Assembly: GCA_973895155.1 (NCBI GenBank)
Contig: OZ316896.1
Location: forward strand, 13,385,369-13,449,368
Source: Marsupella aquatica
Lineage: Eukaryota; Plantae; Marchantiophyta
Reading direction: 5' to 3'
Length of the DNA: 64,000 bases
Shown piece by piece: positions 1-12,953 of this stretch (position 1 is the stretch's first letter; each line of letters starts with the position of its first letter). The notes under the pieces were generated by a model. The model was not told the DNA's origin and did not search any database. It saw only the letters and a list, made by a program, of their open reading frames with translations. A program made the translations under genes and the position numbers.

Positions 1-200
1 CCTTGTTAGTCTCTCATCCAACCAATTTGCCCTAGTTATCACAAATGCTATGTAGTGTGATCTAAGTGTGTAGTGCCTTGTTAGTCTTCCATCCAAACAA
101 TATGCCCTAGTTATCACATATGCTATGTCATGAGATCTAAGCTTGTAGCCCCTTGTTAGTCTCCCATCCAAATATCATGCCTAAGTATCACATATATGCC
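1..200. repeat. ~75-bp tandem repeat, ~2.5 copies, running off the window start
   Basis: CCTTGTTAGTCT..CATCCAA recurs at 1, 77 and ~150. Confidence 0.75.
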
Positions 201-305
201 ACATATCACCATAGCGCCCCTTGCTTCCTTGCTTCCTTCAATCACTTGATATTTGATCACGTATGTGTCCTTGTTGACAGACACACATAGAAGGAAGGAA
301 CCAGT

Positions 306-436
306 GCCCATAGATTCATGGATGTGTGGTAGCTCACTTGAGTAATGACTCATAGATCTTGGGTTCAAGTGTTGTGACTGACTGTTCCCTTCTCTGGGGT
401 TTCACAGATTGCCCTTTAATTTAGAAAAGGAAAAAG
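306..436 (+). mobile_element. tRNA-like SINE, family 1, copy 1
   Basis: GTGTGGTAGCTCACTTGAG (A-box-like), GGGTTCAAG (B-box-like), then GGGGTTTCACAGATT and an A-rich tail; homologous to copies at 1791, 44063 and 56037. Confidence 0.7.
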
Positions 437-1790
437 GAACAACGGCTTATCTAGAGCCATGATCACTAACTCAAGAAATTTGTTAAAAGTTTTATTTTGC
501 AATCACACCTTCAACTACAATCAAAATTATGCCAACTATGACATATCCATCTACAAACTAAGGCAAAATGAATTATTTCATAAATACATTGGATACTCTT
601 GTGCAATAATTTCTCAATGATAATCTTCACATACATTGTTATGAAGCATTCATTGCATACTTTGTGCGATCCACTGTGTAAACAAGATGACAACGTGGAT
701 TGTATGCCTTTAGAATCAATCAAAACCATGCTACAATCACACAAAGTCAACAATACAACCAAAAAGACCATATTTGCTCTGTACACTATGAACTCACAGA
801 TTTGGAATCTTCCTACTATTAGATTGATTTCTATGTAAAAATCACAGGTCCATGGATGTCAAAATTCAATATAAATGGAATACAATCTATCAGTCAACAG
901 AATATCTGTTAACTCAGCAGTCAAATTAAAATATATAGGTTGGGTATGGCAGGCCAACTAAGATGTACCTAATTCTAATTCCACCATAAAAATATATTGC
1001 GGTTTTGGATGAACGGTGAAAAGCACTTGTTCCCTACTAGAGTCTTTACTGGAGGAAGGATACAAAAACAATTCAATTCAAATTGACATATCTAATTTGA
1101 GAAAAGATACATGAAAGGAAATTCATTCTGCATTCAAACATATTTTCAACAGTAGAATCATTTTATGAAACAAGTTTCCTAAAAAATTGCCATACATGGC
1201 TGTTTGTTTTGTATCATGCCAACCAGGATTTTTGCCTTCAGCCTAGATACCTACCTTCACCAGAAGATACAACTTGTACTAACATTGACGCATCATGTTA
1301 GAACCAAAACCATCCAAGAAGAGAGCCTTTTCATCCTCCTCAGCCATTACTAAGACAAGATCATTGTGATATTCTATGAATTGGAGCTAGAATTGTGATT
1401 TAAAGAGTGAAATTGAAGGGATGAGTTTCCACCCTCCCATAAATGTGGAAGAAGATTCCCAACTGTTGGAAAAAATATTCTCTCATTGTTCTGTCTAGAG
1501 TATCTATGCTGATTTCTGCCCTTTTGAAGGTGTGTAATTCTTTGACATTGCAATTTAAGGGAAGAAAATGATAGAATCTCTCCTTCTCTTCATCACAAAG
1601 TAGACTGTATATGCATATATTTGATATCCAAATAGTTAGTGTATGAAATGTATATCAAATTAACAAGAGTTTTGGATATTGACATGCATTTTGTGTTGTA
1701 TATATACATATATTTAATGACAATGTGACTATATATCCAACATTCTAGGTGAGCATTATTCATTGGGTGTCATAGAAACGACATCAAACA

Positions 1791-1922
1791 GCCTAGGAGG
1801 CATGACTGTGTGGTAGCTCACTTGAGATCAGAAGCGTAGGTCTAGTGGTTGAATGTTTGAATTCATGTTGTGACCGACTGTTCCCTTTTGCGGGGTTTCA
1901 CAGATTTCTCCTTTAAAAAAAA
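1791..1922 (+). mobile_element. tRNA-like SINE, family 1, copy 2
   Basis: GCATGACTGTGTGGTAGCTCACTTGAG...CTGTTCCCTTTTGCGGGGTTTCACAGATTTCTCCTTTAAAAAAAA. Confidence 0.7.
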
Positions 1923-3773
1923 TGACAGATGTAGAAGTTTGCACTAATCTATTCTACATTAGATAATCACCAAAATGATCCAATAATTTTTGTGATGCTG
2001 TACTTGTCATGAATAAGTAAAGTAGTAATGGTGCATTCGATGTGTTGATGGAATCAGTCTTAGATTGTGATTGTTTGGTGTGCCAATGTGACAATGTATT
2101 TGCAGATGGAGCTTGCTATGGAGTAGGACATCCTTAGGGTGTGATGATATGGTTTAAACAATTATGCTTGAATGTGATTGGATAAGCAAAATTAGATGTG
2201 ATAATGATGATTGCAGAAGACTCACAAGTGTGATGCAAATCTTGATGCAAAACTCATTGATGGGAGATTTAAATCTATAGAGTCAAAGGGGGGTACATCT
2301 TGTGTGTATCTGTTGTGGAAATTTGTGTCTTAGTTAAAGGTTTCCGAGTTTCTCTGGTGGCTGCATTAAATCTTCAAAAACGTGCTATACACTAATTCAC
2401 CCTCACCTGTCATGCATTAATTGAGTACAAAATGGACTGTTTAATTGGTGTCTCTTAACATCTCAAATCGTAACTCTTAAGTTTTCTAATATAAATTAAA
2501 TCAAATATTTTTCTCTTTGCTTTGCTCTTCCCTTGTTGTTTTGGGTTTGGCGATGGACAACTGGCTAAACAATGTTGAATCAATCTATTCAAACCATCTC
2601 ATATTGCAGCTTTATCTTTATTGGATCTTACCCAGGCAAGTATCTGACGAGTACAATATGTCCTCCCAACAAATACAAAATCCTCAGATACCCCCAAATG
2701 TTGATGAAGTTTGTAACATAAAATTGAGTAGGAGCTGCTAGAGCCATAACATAACTTAGAAGTACTTTTTCTAAGGGTAACTATGCTCAAATTCATTTTG
2801 GAATCATTTTACATACTAGTAATCCCTTCAAATAGAATATAGTCCGAGTATAGTGTCAAGATTTATGATTCTCCAACATTTGTTTTGATCTCAATTCTTG
2901 TAATTGAACGGATTTTTTAGTCTATGTCATTCATCGTTTTTTGTTTGCCAATCATCTCAGTGAGAAGTCATCATGTTACCATGTCCAGAAACTGTTTTGA
3001 GCACCACGTTTGTAAATGACATCAATTATAATTGTGTTTTTCTGAATTGTCTTGCCAGATCTCCTGATTTGTGTAGACTACAAAACTTTGGAACATGTCC
3101 ATTGAGCATAATGTATTGCAGTGGGACAAGTAGAGGAAGTTTGATACAACATTTGGAGTTAACCTATAGATGAGAAAACAGTTGAAACCAGTATAGTTGC
3201 AAAATATAGGCAGACAAAAAGTGTCTCCAGGTTAGTCTTGTCAAGGATCAGATATATTTCGGCCATTTATAAAACTTTGCCAAGGCCTAATCTATTTGAT
3301 TAGATTGGAACTTTTGTCAAAGATAGGGTCAATTAGTCCTCTTTCAAATTTCTTGTTTATATATTCACTTCCATGTATACCTAGCAGAAGTCCCAGGAAT
3401 GCATACTTTAGCATAGAGATTCAAAAGTTGTTCCGCCATATAATCTGGGAAATGCCATGAGAACTCGATTTTTTGCAAACATATTTACAATCGAAAATAC
3501 CACACATCCAATTGATGAACTCACCCATGTGCCCTGTTTCTAAACGACTCGGAGCCTGCTCTCTATGACTTCCGCATCTGGTCTCTTTCAGAAGCTTTTG
3601 ATCCTACTCACAGCTGTCTTACTTGATTTCTCTAGAATGTGAGGTCTACTTGAAAGGCCAGTGCAAATTTCAGCAAGTGAAGTACATACCAGATTTGAAG
3701 TTCATTGCACGAAAAGAATAGCGACATTTACATTGGGACTATCTCTGACCAGAAGAGGATGTCATAAACGACC

Positions 3774-6102
3774 TCATGATGAAGTGAATCCTGTAATGTC
3801 ATAGTAGTCTTTCACAGGCAGTGACTTGGCTCCACCGTAGTAGTCCACCAGGAAAAGGTCTTCGATGTCAAGCCTGTAAATTCTCCAATCATGGCCTTTA
3901 GGCCAGCCTGACATAAACAAAGTGATGCCTTAATTTCAATCACGAAATCCAAGAAGCACAGTGTACTCGAGAAAGCATTGATCCGTCAGTGCAGTTATCC
4001 TGCCAGAAGGTTCAATTATCAAACTGGATAACAATCCATTATGCTAGTATCCTACAGGTAATAGATATTCTGATTTCAACGGAAAAAGAACGCTGCAAAG
4101 GTTCATCATAATTTCAGAAGCGACAGCAAGGTAGAAGACCCAAAACAAGACATCAATGAAATCATTTCAGACCAAACCTTCCATTTCTGGATGCTTTGAG
4201 AATAAAGCTTGAGTTGCAAAGACTGCCTCCTCGTTGTCTTTAGTGATCTCTATAATCTGCACAGCAATTTCGTGGTCCATTCACTGCAATACAAGTCCTT
4301 AACTGAAGATAAAGTGATGTCCAAGGAACGAACTGGCTTTGTACAAGTTACATACAGTGTGAAGAATAAGCTAAATTCTTCAGAACAACACTTCTTCAGT
4401 TCTCCTACTGGAACCCAGTTGTCCTGTATCTTCTCCAACGAATTCTCACCACTGTTCCATTTCTCTTAATGTATTTCTCTTGCGTAGAAGCTTTCGGAAA
4501 GCAAAACAGAAGTGATAAATAAAGAACGGCATTTTGTGTTGGATATGTGGGGTGAAGGGAGGTGCGGACATTGAAGATGCAATAGCAAGAAAATTCATTT
4601 GGATGTGCTAAAATGCTAGAGTAACAGCTGTGAATTATATAGCGGGAGTTCGTCAACGAATTAATTACGAAATATAGAACAGAATGCATACGCGACGAGC
4701 ACTCAGTAAGAGACCAGGTTGGAAGAGCACCTTTCCAGAGAGCGTAAGCCTCGCGCAAGTAGGATTCTCTGCATCTTTATCTCCACATGTTCCCAGGGGG
4801 GACTCACTTAGTGTCAGAGAGCATCGCGAGTCACGCTCTAAATCAATTGGAGTAGGGTCCAGTGCAGATAAGTAGAAATACGGTCTTCCAGTTCCAGCCC
4901 CAACTGGCCCATCGCTGAAAGATGCAATATTTCTGCGTGAAACACATTATTCACGTCATAATAAACTGTGCGAGTTCTGATTCTATCTACTGAGTATGCT
5001 GTGACTAACATGAAGGGCAATCGACGTTGTTTTGCCTTTGCCGAGAGTAATTGCAGTAGTAATGTTATGTTCCTGTCATATGCAACTAGCATACTGCACA
5101 CTTCCAGCCTTTCAGGCTGTATTGAAATAGCAGCATCATGTAGTCATAAAAGTCAAAGATTCAATGACGTGGTTGGGTGATCCTTACCCCCAAGGGATGC
5201 CTCCTAGATGAATCGAGATTGTGCTGCATCAAAGAGACTGCATCAATTAGCAAGGAACAAACGCGAACATTACACGAAACCAAGCTGACCTTACCGATAG
5301 ACGGTAGCATCGTCCTGTTGACAAGAGTGTGGTAAGAATTTCAAAGTCAAAAGCTTCAGAGTGAATCACCGACAGGATGCTACATCCTAGCTCTAACCTG
5401 CGAGTAGAATCTTTGATTCTGTCATAGATGATGCACATCATATTCTCTTCAAGCCATTATATACAAACACATATAACTTTGATTCGTTTACACAAATTTT
5501 TGCATCTATTGTTGTATACGTCCTCGCAAATAAACTCCAACTTATTTCACCAATATGTGTGCAGGGGGCAGAGCAGAGCTAGGTGAAGGTGTAATCCTAG
5601 TGTCGTGCAAGTTGTTGAACCCTATTTGACATCAAGCAATCTCTTCATTTCTGTCGTACGTTGTTGTTTTCGGTGGAACTGGCTCACTCAATCAATTTGT
5701 GCAAACCACCTCATTGTTCAACATTAGCTTCATCATTGGAAGTTATAGTGTATCTGCCGAGTACAAATTTCCTTCCCACAGATAACTAAAAACCCGGTTT
5801 TTTGTAAAGAAATTGAGCACGACTTGCCTGAGCCATAACATGACAACGAAACTCAGCTTAGCTATGTCTTTTCTTCTTACGGTATTTAGAATGAGATAGT
5901 CCGTGAGAGTTGGATAGTATTGAATTGACATGGAGACACCATACCTTAGCACACCCCAGGAATTCGACGACACGAGCCAACGAGCCATCGCGGGGGCATT
6001 ACTCGGATCTGGCCGATTGTGAAGTCCCAAATCAGTACCTTGTACAGAATTTAAATATGCCATAATCAGCAGCATTGAGCCCATCGCAATCACTATCCTC
6101 AT
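3774..6102 (-). CDS. CREG1: CREG-family protein (split-barrel, pyridoxamine 5'-phosphate oxidase-like) with signal peptide, 5 exons, ~202 aa
   Basis: Exons read by hand: 6102-5945, 5223-5188, 4932-4731, 4256-4178, 3907-3774. All introns are GT-AG and the total is 609 nt, in frame. Translation: MRIVIAMGSMLLIMAYLNSVQG...RPDPSNAPAMARWLVSSNSWGVLSTISIHLGGIPWGNIASFSDG...GRPYFYLSALDPT...CSLTLSESPLGTCGDKDAENPTCARLTLSGK...ALFSKHPEMEGWPKGHDWRIYRLDIEDLFLVDYYGGAK...*. This carries the characteristic CREG motifs. Confidence 0.92.
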
Positions 6103-7014
6103 CGTTACTTTTCCCGATCGCAATTCGGTAACACTACTCAGAATGAATGACGCAAACTGCACACAATGCTCGAGAGAAAGCACGCGGTCCGACTGCCACA
6201 CAGATTTAAGAGTTCCCGAGGCTGATCAAAGTGAATCAATTCGTCACAGTCGACCCTAAATCCACAATTTCGTCCTTCTTCCGCCGCTGAAAGCCGTCTT
6301 CAGACTTGATCATCAAGTTCAAAGCGGATCAAACGAGATTTCAGACCCACGCTAGGGCAGAATTGGATTGAATTAAATCCGAGTGGCAAACACGAATGAA
6401 ACGTGAACAGTGACCAAAGCAGAAGCAAACGGCCAGAATGATCAAGGATTGCAAGAATTTGAGTGAGAGAGATCCCGAAGGAATGAAAGGACCAAACACA
6501 ATTCGAATGACAACCAAATTCCGAGGGAAGGCAATCCACAAGGAATAAAAGATAGAGACGGCCGGCAGATGGAGGAATCGACTATACAGAACATAACAAA
6601 AACAGACGGAATTGGCGCAGCAAATCTCGCTACAGAAGACATGCAATGTAGTCTTCTTTGTAATCTACCGTCTAACAACGAATCAATCATGCACAGCATC
6701 CCTCGGTTTGTCCTTGGTAGGTGAGAGTTCTGTTAGTGCAAAGCCCTTCTGCCTCCATGGATACCTCCGAGGTGGGTCCTGTGCTCCAGCTCTGAACAAC
6801 TTTCTCTTTTCCTTTTTTCGCTTTTCAGTATCTACAGCTCCTGTTTTCTGGCTTGGCTTATTAGAATCGAGAGGACATCGATCATTCGTAGAACACAATT
6901 TCTACCTGTTTGCCATATCCAATTCCCTCCTTTGCTTCGCAAAATTTCTCGGCTTCACCAACGACTCGTCTTCCGCCATACTTTTAGCTTCCCTGGAAAC
7001 TCTTCCACTCTCAC

Positions 7015-7790
7015 ACGTTTCGTGTCATTTGGGTCCATTCAAACAGACTTTGTGTCATTTTGTCTGGTGAGATGTTGAATCAGGTTTTAGTGTCATTTGG
7101 CTCCACTTTAACATGTTTCATGTCATTTGGCTCCATTTACAGACACTTTGTGTCATTTGACTTGTAAGATGTTCAAATAGGCTTAGTGTCATTTGGCTTC
7201 ACTCTCACACATTTAGTGTGGTTTAGCTTCACTCTGAGTAACACATTTAGTGTCATTTGACTCCATTGCATGCACTTTGTGTGATTTGGCTGCTAGGATG
7301 CTGAAATAGGCTTAGTGTCATTTGGGTTCACCAACACATGTAGTGTCATTTGGCTCCATTTGCATGCACTTTGTGTCATTTGGCTGAGAAGATGTTGAAA
7401 CAGGTTTAGTGTCATTTGGCTAGCTTGAACACTCTAATAAATGTTGTGTCATTTGGATCCATTTACATTCAGTTTGTGTCAATTGGCTGGTAAGATGTTG
7501 AAATAGGTTTAGTGTGATTTGGCTGGTATGATGTTGAAACATGTTTAGTGTTATTTGGCTCCATTCTCAGACACTTTGTGTGATTTGGCTGGTAAGATGT
7601 TGACACGTGTTTAGTCTCATTTGACTGGTACTCTGTTGAAACGCATTGAGTGTCACTTGGCTCCACTTGGACACCTTTTGTGTTATTTGGCTGGTAAGAT
7701 ATTGAATCAAGTTGAGTGTCATTTGGCTTCATTCTTGGCTTCATTCTTACTGATCACACTTTGTGTCGTTGGACGCGTAAGATGTTGAGA
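7015..7790. repeat. Degenerate minisatellite of mixed ~30/33-bp units
   Basis: More than 20 units anchored on GTGTCATTTGGCT, with two unit types (CCATTT.CA.ACACTTT and GGTAAGATGTTGAAA.AGGTTTA). Confidence 0.85.
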
Positions 7791-7974
7791 CAATCATCTC
7801 ACGAACCTTTGTGTTTCGGGCATGGTGAGATTTTAACATATGTTCTTGTCATTCCCTTGTCATTCGGCTCCCCTTGCACACCGTTCTAATCTCTGTTACA
7901 TGGAAGAACAACAGGGGCTCGAAAGCTGGAAAAAGAAGAATATTGTATTGATCAGATAAACAAAAGAGTGACGT

Positions 7975-9160
7975 TAATGATGGCAAAGCTCACCACATGG
8001 GCCTCCGCAAGGGTCATCAAGCTGATTCCAAAAAATCAGGATATGGTTGACCTCATCAACTAGAGACTGCTAACAATGCTCACAACTGAGAAATTGATTG
8101 CTAAATTGTTGGCAAATAGGGTGAAGAAGGTGGCTTCTAAGCTCGTTGATCCACAATAGACTGGATTTCTTGAAGGTAGAGATATCTTGGACAACTTGAT
8201 GACTTTTAAGCTGGCCCAAGAGTACACACAGCTAACAAAACAACCTCTGCTCTTCCTCAAACTGGACTTCACCAAAGCATACTACATGGTTGCTCACTCT
8301 TTCTTGTGGGCTGTTTTGAGGGCAATGAATTTTGGGGAGAACATGAGTACTCTGATAAAAGGGATGGAACAGACCCAGTCCAAAGTTCACATTAACCATA
8401 GTTTCATGGAAAGCAATTGATTTGCAAAGAGGAGTGAGACAAGGTTGCCCCCTCCCTCACTCCTATGCACTCCTATGCACTCTTACTACTCAACCTCTGA
8501 TGGAGTTGTTGAGAACCAAACTTGAGCTAGGGGAACTCCAAGGAATGAAGATCACAGATGACAACCGACTGTGCCAACAGCAATACAAGAAAGTTTCTGT
8601 AGCCCTGCAGGAGAATGTGCAAAAATCAAAGATAATTCCGTTGCACTTGAAGGACGGGATTTACCCTAGTTGGCTTCAAACCACTGGTTGCAAGGTTTCT
8701 CAGGAGGGGGAGGTTACTGAATATTTGGGATCATGCCCAATTGGATATAAAGTCAAGCCCTCACATGAGGCTTCCTTTCTCATTGAGAAGTTGAGGAAAC
8801 AACTGTTTCATTGGACAAACAGGAGCCTGACTATGATTGGCAGGTTTATTTTACTTAAACATGTCCTGCCAGCCATCCCTACCTACCACTTAATGACACT
8901 TGAGCTGTATCAACCCGACGACAATTTTTGTGGGGGCCCTCAAGAACTACTGGATGCAGAAAGCCCTTATTGCCTGGAAGGAGTATGTCAACGCCAAAGG
9001 AGACAGAGGTCTGGAAATTCAGCCATTTGAGGAGTAAGCCCAAGCACTGAAGATGCGGCACATTGCTAAACTCATGCAAGGCGCAAACAGAAAGTGAATT
9101 AAGATCACTTACAACATCATTACGAGGGGAATAAATTCTGGACCTAGGAAGAGAGAAAGA
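7975..9160 (+). mobile_element. Decayed L1-type LINE, reverse-transcriptase portion (5'-truncated; left half)
   Basis: Frameshifted, stop-containing RT motifs: VIKLIPK, KLIAKLLANRVK, QxTGFLEGRDILDN, FLKLDFTKAY, RGVRQGCPL, YLG.PIG, GRFILLKHVLPAIPTY. Confidence 0.88.
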
Positions 9161-10145
9161 TATATGTCAAAGAGTCGACACCCATTCAAGGCCAAGTCAA
9201 TACTTCACATTGACAAATCATATACACAGTCAAGGCAGCACAGGTCAGGACAAGGAGATAACAACACATGGATGTGCACATGCACCAAGTCATTTGTAGA
9301 TAGTGAGATTAAAAAAATAATAAATCATGATCATTGTGAGGAAGAAACAGGTCCACAAATTGTTGAGGTCAATAATTAAACTGTACATATATCCCAACAT
9401 GCGTAAAAGATCAGGGTGGTAGTATGCGCATAAGAATAGTATGTTAGTCTATAGCTATGACTTCTTTGCTTTTTAAGATATGCAAGAGATAGTACTAGGG
9501 GAGGCAACGGCGGGAAGGAATGAGGTCATAAGTTTTGTTAGGGCAGCTGCCAGGGTGGTGGTTACGTTAGTAAAACCTAGCTAATTCATGGAAGAAGTGA
9601 GTTACATATTTTTTAACAAAGTATCTGTAGTATAAGCTAAGGTATTAGTATAGGGCAAGTTTTGTATTTTACTGGTTGTATGTAGGATTTTTACCATTTA
9701 TAATTATTTTTATTTTTATTTAATAGTGTAGGTCATATGCCACCATTTATCTAGTGAGAGAGTTCTATAAATATATCAATACGGAGATCACATCCTGATA
9801 AACTCAGGTCCCATTGTTACTCACCGCTATAGCTCATAGAATCATAAACATAATATAATATAACATCACAGATACTAATACTTATATGCATATTTACCTA
9901 CGTAAATTAACTTACATATACACATACTCATACCTTATCACCCAGGGCCTTAGGGGATCATGTATTGGATGACCCATAAGTTGTTGATGAACACGTTCCA
10001 TTCATTTTCATTCACTGGTTTTCCTTAGAGCATCGATGAGTCCATTTTTCTAGGCTATAATTGGGCAACCATATAATGTCCATAACAAATCATCAATCCA
10101 GAAATATATTCTTGATATACATACAACCATTCCTTTATAAACACA

Positions 10146-10417
10146 TTAGTGGTGATCCCATAGCGCTAGTTGTACATCAAACTATTCGCTGGGTAAACTA
10201 TTTATCCCGGATGGCTATACGATAGTATGCTCATGTGCCTAGTCTCAGGGCACTGAGTATAGACCATAGTTTTTCCTCAGGGATTATTAGACCTAGATAA
10301 TCCACATCCCTAGTGCCGTTGTTCAGCCCCCGCCACTAGGTTGAAAATGATTTATATTTAAATCTTTTCAGGTACCATGTTTCTGTAACTTGTCCGGACT
10401 GTCACGGGGAGACATGG
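10146..10417. ncRNA. Candidate structured RNA/ssDNA motif, copy A
   Basis: Hairpins at 10157-10193, 10226-10261, 10281-10303, 10309-10340 (18-nt loop CCGTTGTTCAGCCCCCGC), an AT-rich hairpin at 10342-10370, and 10375-10417 containing CGGGGAG. The same architecture appears in copies B and C. Confidence 0.5.
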
Positions 10418-11827
10418 CCCAAGGAAAAACGAGTCCCTGGTCCCTACCCAGTCTATGTGAATCAAATATATTTGGATACATTCATAGTTACAATATTAAA
10501 GAAATTAGATGGAATAGATTTTGCTATTGTTGTGCACCTTTAGACTATTGGTGGCCATTGTGATCTTCAGTCAGCGGACCCACGAGCTGGGTCTAGAGCA
10601 GTGTATAGTGATTCCTTGTCTGGCTTGGAGTAGTGTACAGTGATTCCTTTTGGCAAACCCCACACACTATCAATCAGAGCATTACTGTTGGTGCAGACTT
10701 CTCATAACACCATTGCTCTTACGGGAGTCGGCATAGCATATAGCATCATAAAAGCTTCACACAACATCTTTCATGGAAATGAGCAGAGGATCGGTTATCT
10801 AAAAGCTTCCCACGGTGTTCTCACTGACATTCATTCTGCATTAGCATTTTCCTGGTCATGTGTGGTGACTCGTTTAGAAACAGGGGTTTTGGTGGACATC
10901 GCAGTGGCGGACAACTTTGGTGCCACTTATTGGGGAATATTTTTAGGGCATGGGCCCCAGCCCATTGTGTATGGTAAAGTATTTCACTAGTATTTATACC
11001 CAGTATACTTATGATCATACGTATAATTATGACCATTACATGGTGGCCAGTGTGACCGTGATAATATCCCAGTAGTAAGGTCAATGGGTAGTTTTGTATT
11101 CTATCCATGTACTTCATATTTTTCTTACGAGAGAGAGAGAGAGAGAGATATGTCAAAGAGTCGACACCCATTCAAGGCCAAGTCAATACTTCACATTGAC
11201 AAATCAAAAACACAGTCAGGGCAGCATAAGTCATGACAGGGATGTAACAACACATGGATGTACACAAGTACCAAGTCCATTGAAAATAAAGAGATTCGAA
11301 ACAATATTAAATCAAGATCATTGTGAGAAAAAAACAGGTTAATGAGTAATTGAGATTAGTAATTGAACTGTACATATATCACAGCCTGCTTAAAAGATCA
11401 AGGAGGTAGGATGCACACAAGACTAATATGTTATTCTACAGTACTCCTAGTCATAGTTGGAGCACAGTAGATCATGTAATACATCCGGTAGAATGTGATG
11501 GATATAGTAAACTGTATAAAATCTAACGCAAAGTCAGAGGAATATATAACATAAGGTCAATTAGCAGGAATCAAAAAGAGTATCAGAAAGTAGTCAGTAC
11601 AATATTATATATAAGGCAATGGTTATGATTGAATATAAAAAAACCAGTGGCTATATATTGTAACAGGACAGATCTGTTAGACTAGGTACCATTATCAAAT
11701 GGCATGGGATACAAATAAGCGATAAATCATACCATAATAAGTTAAAATCAGGTCAGGTGTGAAATATTAGAGTGATAGCAATCTCTTATATGTGTGAGAA
11801 AATCCAGAGTCACATCTCAAGTGCCAC

Positions 11828-12067
11828 TAGATCAAGAGGACCCTTGATATTGAAGGGGGTTATTTTCTAAGCGGTGCCTCATATAAGCTGGTCAAGCAAA
11901 CAGAGGTAGACCATCAACTGAAAGTAAAGAGCAGTGGACACAGACTGCAATACATCCCTGAGGTCGTCATTCAGCCCCCGTCCCCAGGGTGAATCAAATT
12001 TTCAAAAAATTATTCTTGTTATACGTTTCTGCTACCATTGAACCACGGCGGTAATGGGGAGCGTATA
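11828..12067. ncRNA. Candidate structured RNA/ssDNA motif, copy B
   Basis: Stem CCCTGAGG/CCCCAGGG (11956-11989) with 18-nt loop TCGTCATTCAGCCCCCGT; stem TATACG/CGTATA (12020-12067) containing TGGGGAG; upstream TGCCTC/GAGGTA followed by GACCAT, then a GCAGT/ACTGC hairpin. Confidence 0.5.
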
Positions 12068-12124
12068 TGTTGATACATGATATAGGTGTAGAGTAAGTCT
12101 GGTAGTCAAGTGCCACCATTTATC

Positions 12125-12128
<4 letters not shown>

Positions 12129-12188
<60 letters not shown>
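12129..12188. repeat. (GA)30 microsatellite, one of the junction tracts of the element cluster
   Basis: Perfect GA run. The other junction tracts are (GA)10 at 11129-11148 and (GA)18 at 13579-13614. Confidence 0.95.
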
Positions 12189-12190
<2 letters not shown>

Positions 12191-12666
12191 ATAAAGACAG
12201 ACACCCAATCAAGGCCATTGTCAAGATACCACTGTGTTCATACAGCACACATGATCAAGTCATATAGTAGGGTCTAGGGGTAGTCTTTTCATATGTCATT
12301 CACCAAGTCAATCTTGCACGGAAATCTGCACACTGTCAATGGCACATGGTGGAGCCAAAACAAGAGCAAGCATGATACAGTATTTTATTGGACAACTTAG
12401 GCCTGAAAAGGCATGACATTAGTGCAGGTTATAACCAGGACAGGAAAAAATGACTATAGGGAACATAAAAAGCGAGGAGAGTAAACAACTCCTAGATTCT
12501 CATGCATATAAAGATTAGAGAAACCAATGGTAGGATTCGACCCAGGTGAGGATACACAATGAATTAAGCTTAGAAGAATATGATACTATTTATTGCTAAG
12601 GAATACAGGGTATGATAGGATTAGCTCAGCCGCTGCATCAACATCACACTCATCCACATTAGCATA

Positions 12667-12953
12667 GTTAGTCCTTAGTTAATAAAAAAAGTTATTTTAC
12701 AGCAAGCATTCTGTTCATGATAAAACAGTATGTTAGACTAGCGATGTTTCATATTGGTATGTCATCCAAATAGAAGTGGACCATCAACCATAGCTGAAAT
12801 ATAGCAGACATAAGAGCTATATTGCTACCCACATGGTCGTCATTCAACCCCCGTCCATGGGGCAAGACTAGTCAACAAATGCGAGAACAAGTGTACTAGT
12901 TTATGCAACACATTTCTATTACCATTTGCCCAGGCGGTAACGGGGAGACTTGT
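12667..12953. ncRNA. Candidate structured RNA/ssDNA motif, copy C
   Basis: Stem CATGG/CCATG (12832-12859) with 18-nt loop TCGTCATTCAACCCCCGT; hairpins AATATAGC/GCTATATT and ACTAGT/ACTAGT; CGGGGAG at 12941-12947; GACCAT at 12779. Confidence 0.5.

Noticed and set aside
306-436. tRNA gene
   Set aside because: No complete cloverleaf. Multiple diverged copies with A-tails and TSDs indicate a SINE.
7015-7790. CRISPR-like array (recurrent GTGTCATTTGGCT at ~30-bp spacing)
   Set aside because: The intervening sequences are homologous to each other rather than unique spacers, there are no cas genes, and the context is eukaryotic.
10316-10417. Hammerhead ribozyme reading of the motif on the minus strand (CCAUGUC-UCCCCG ... 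GAAACAUGG ... CGGGGG-CUGA)
   Set aside because: Stem I- and stem III-like pairings exist, but the core is CUGAACAA, CUGAAUGA or UUGAAUGA rather than CUGANGA. Stem II is not consistent and the strand order is not a type I, II or III permutation.
10375-10440. HDV-like ribozyme reading (minus strand GGACU...GUC UCCCCGU GAC AGUCC GG)
   Set aside because: It fits only copy A, with a 5-bp P1 and no convincing J4/2. The P3 pairing is not kept in copies B and C.
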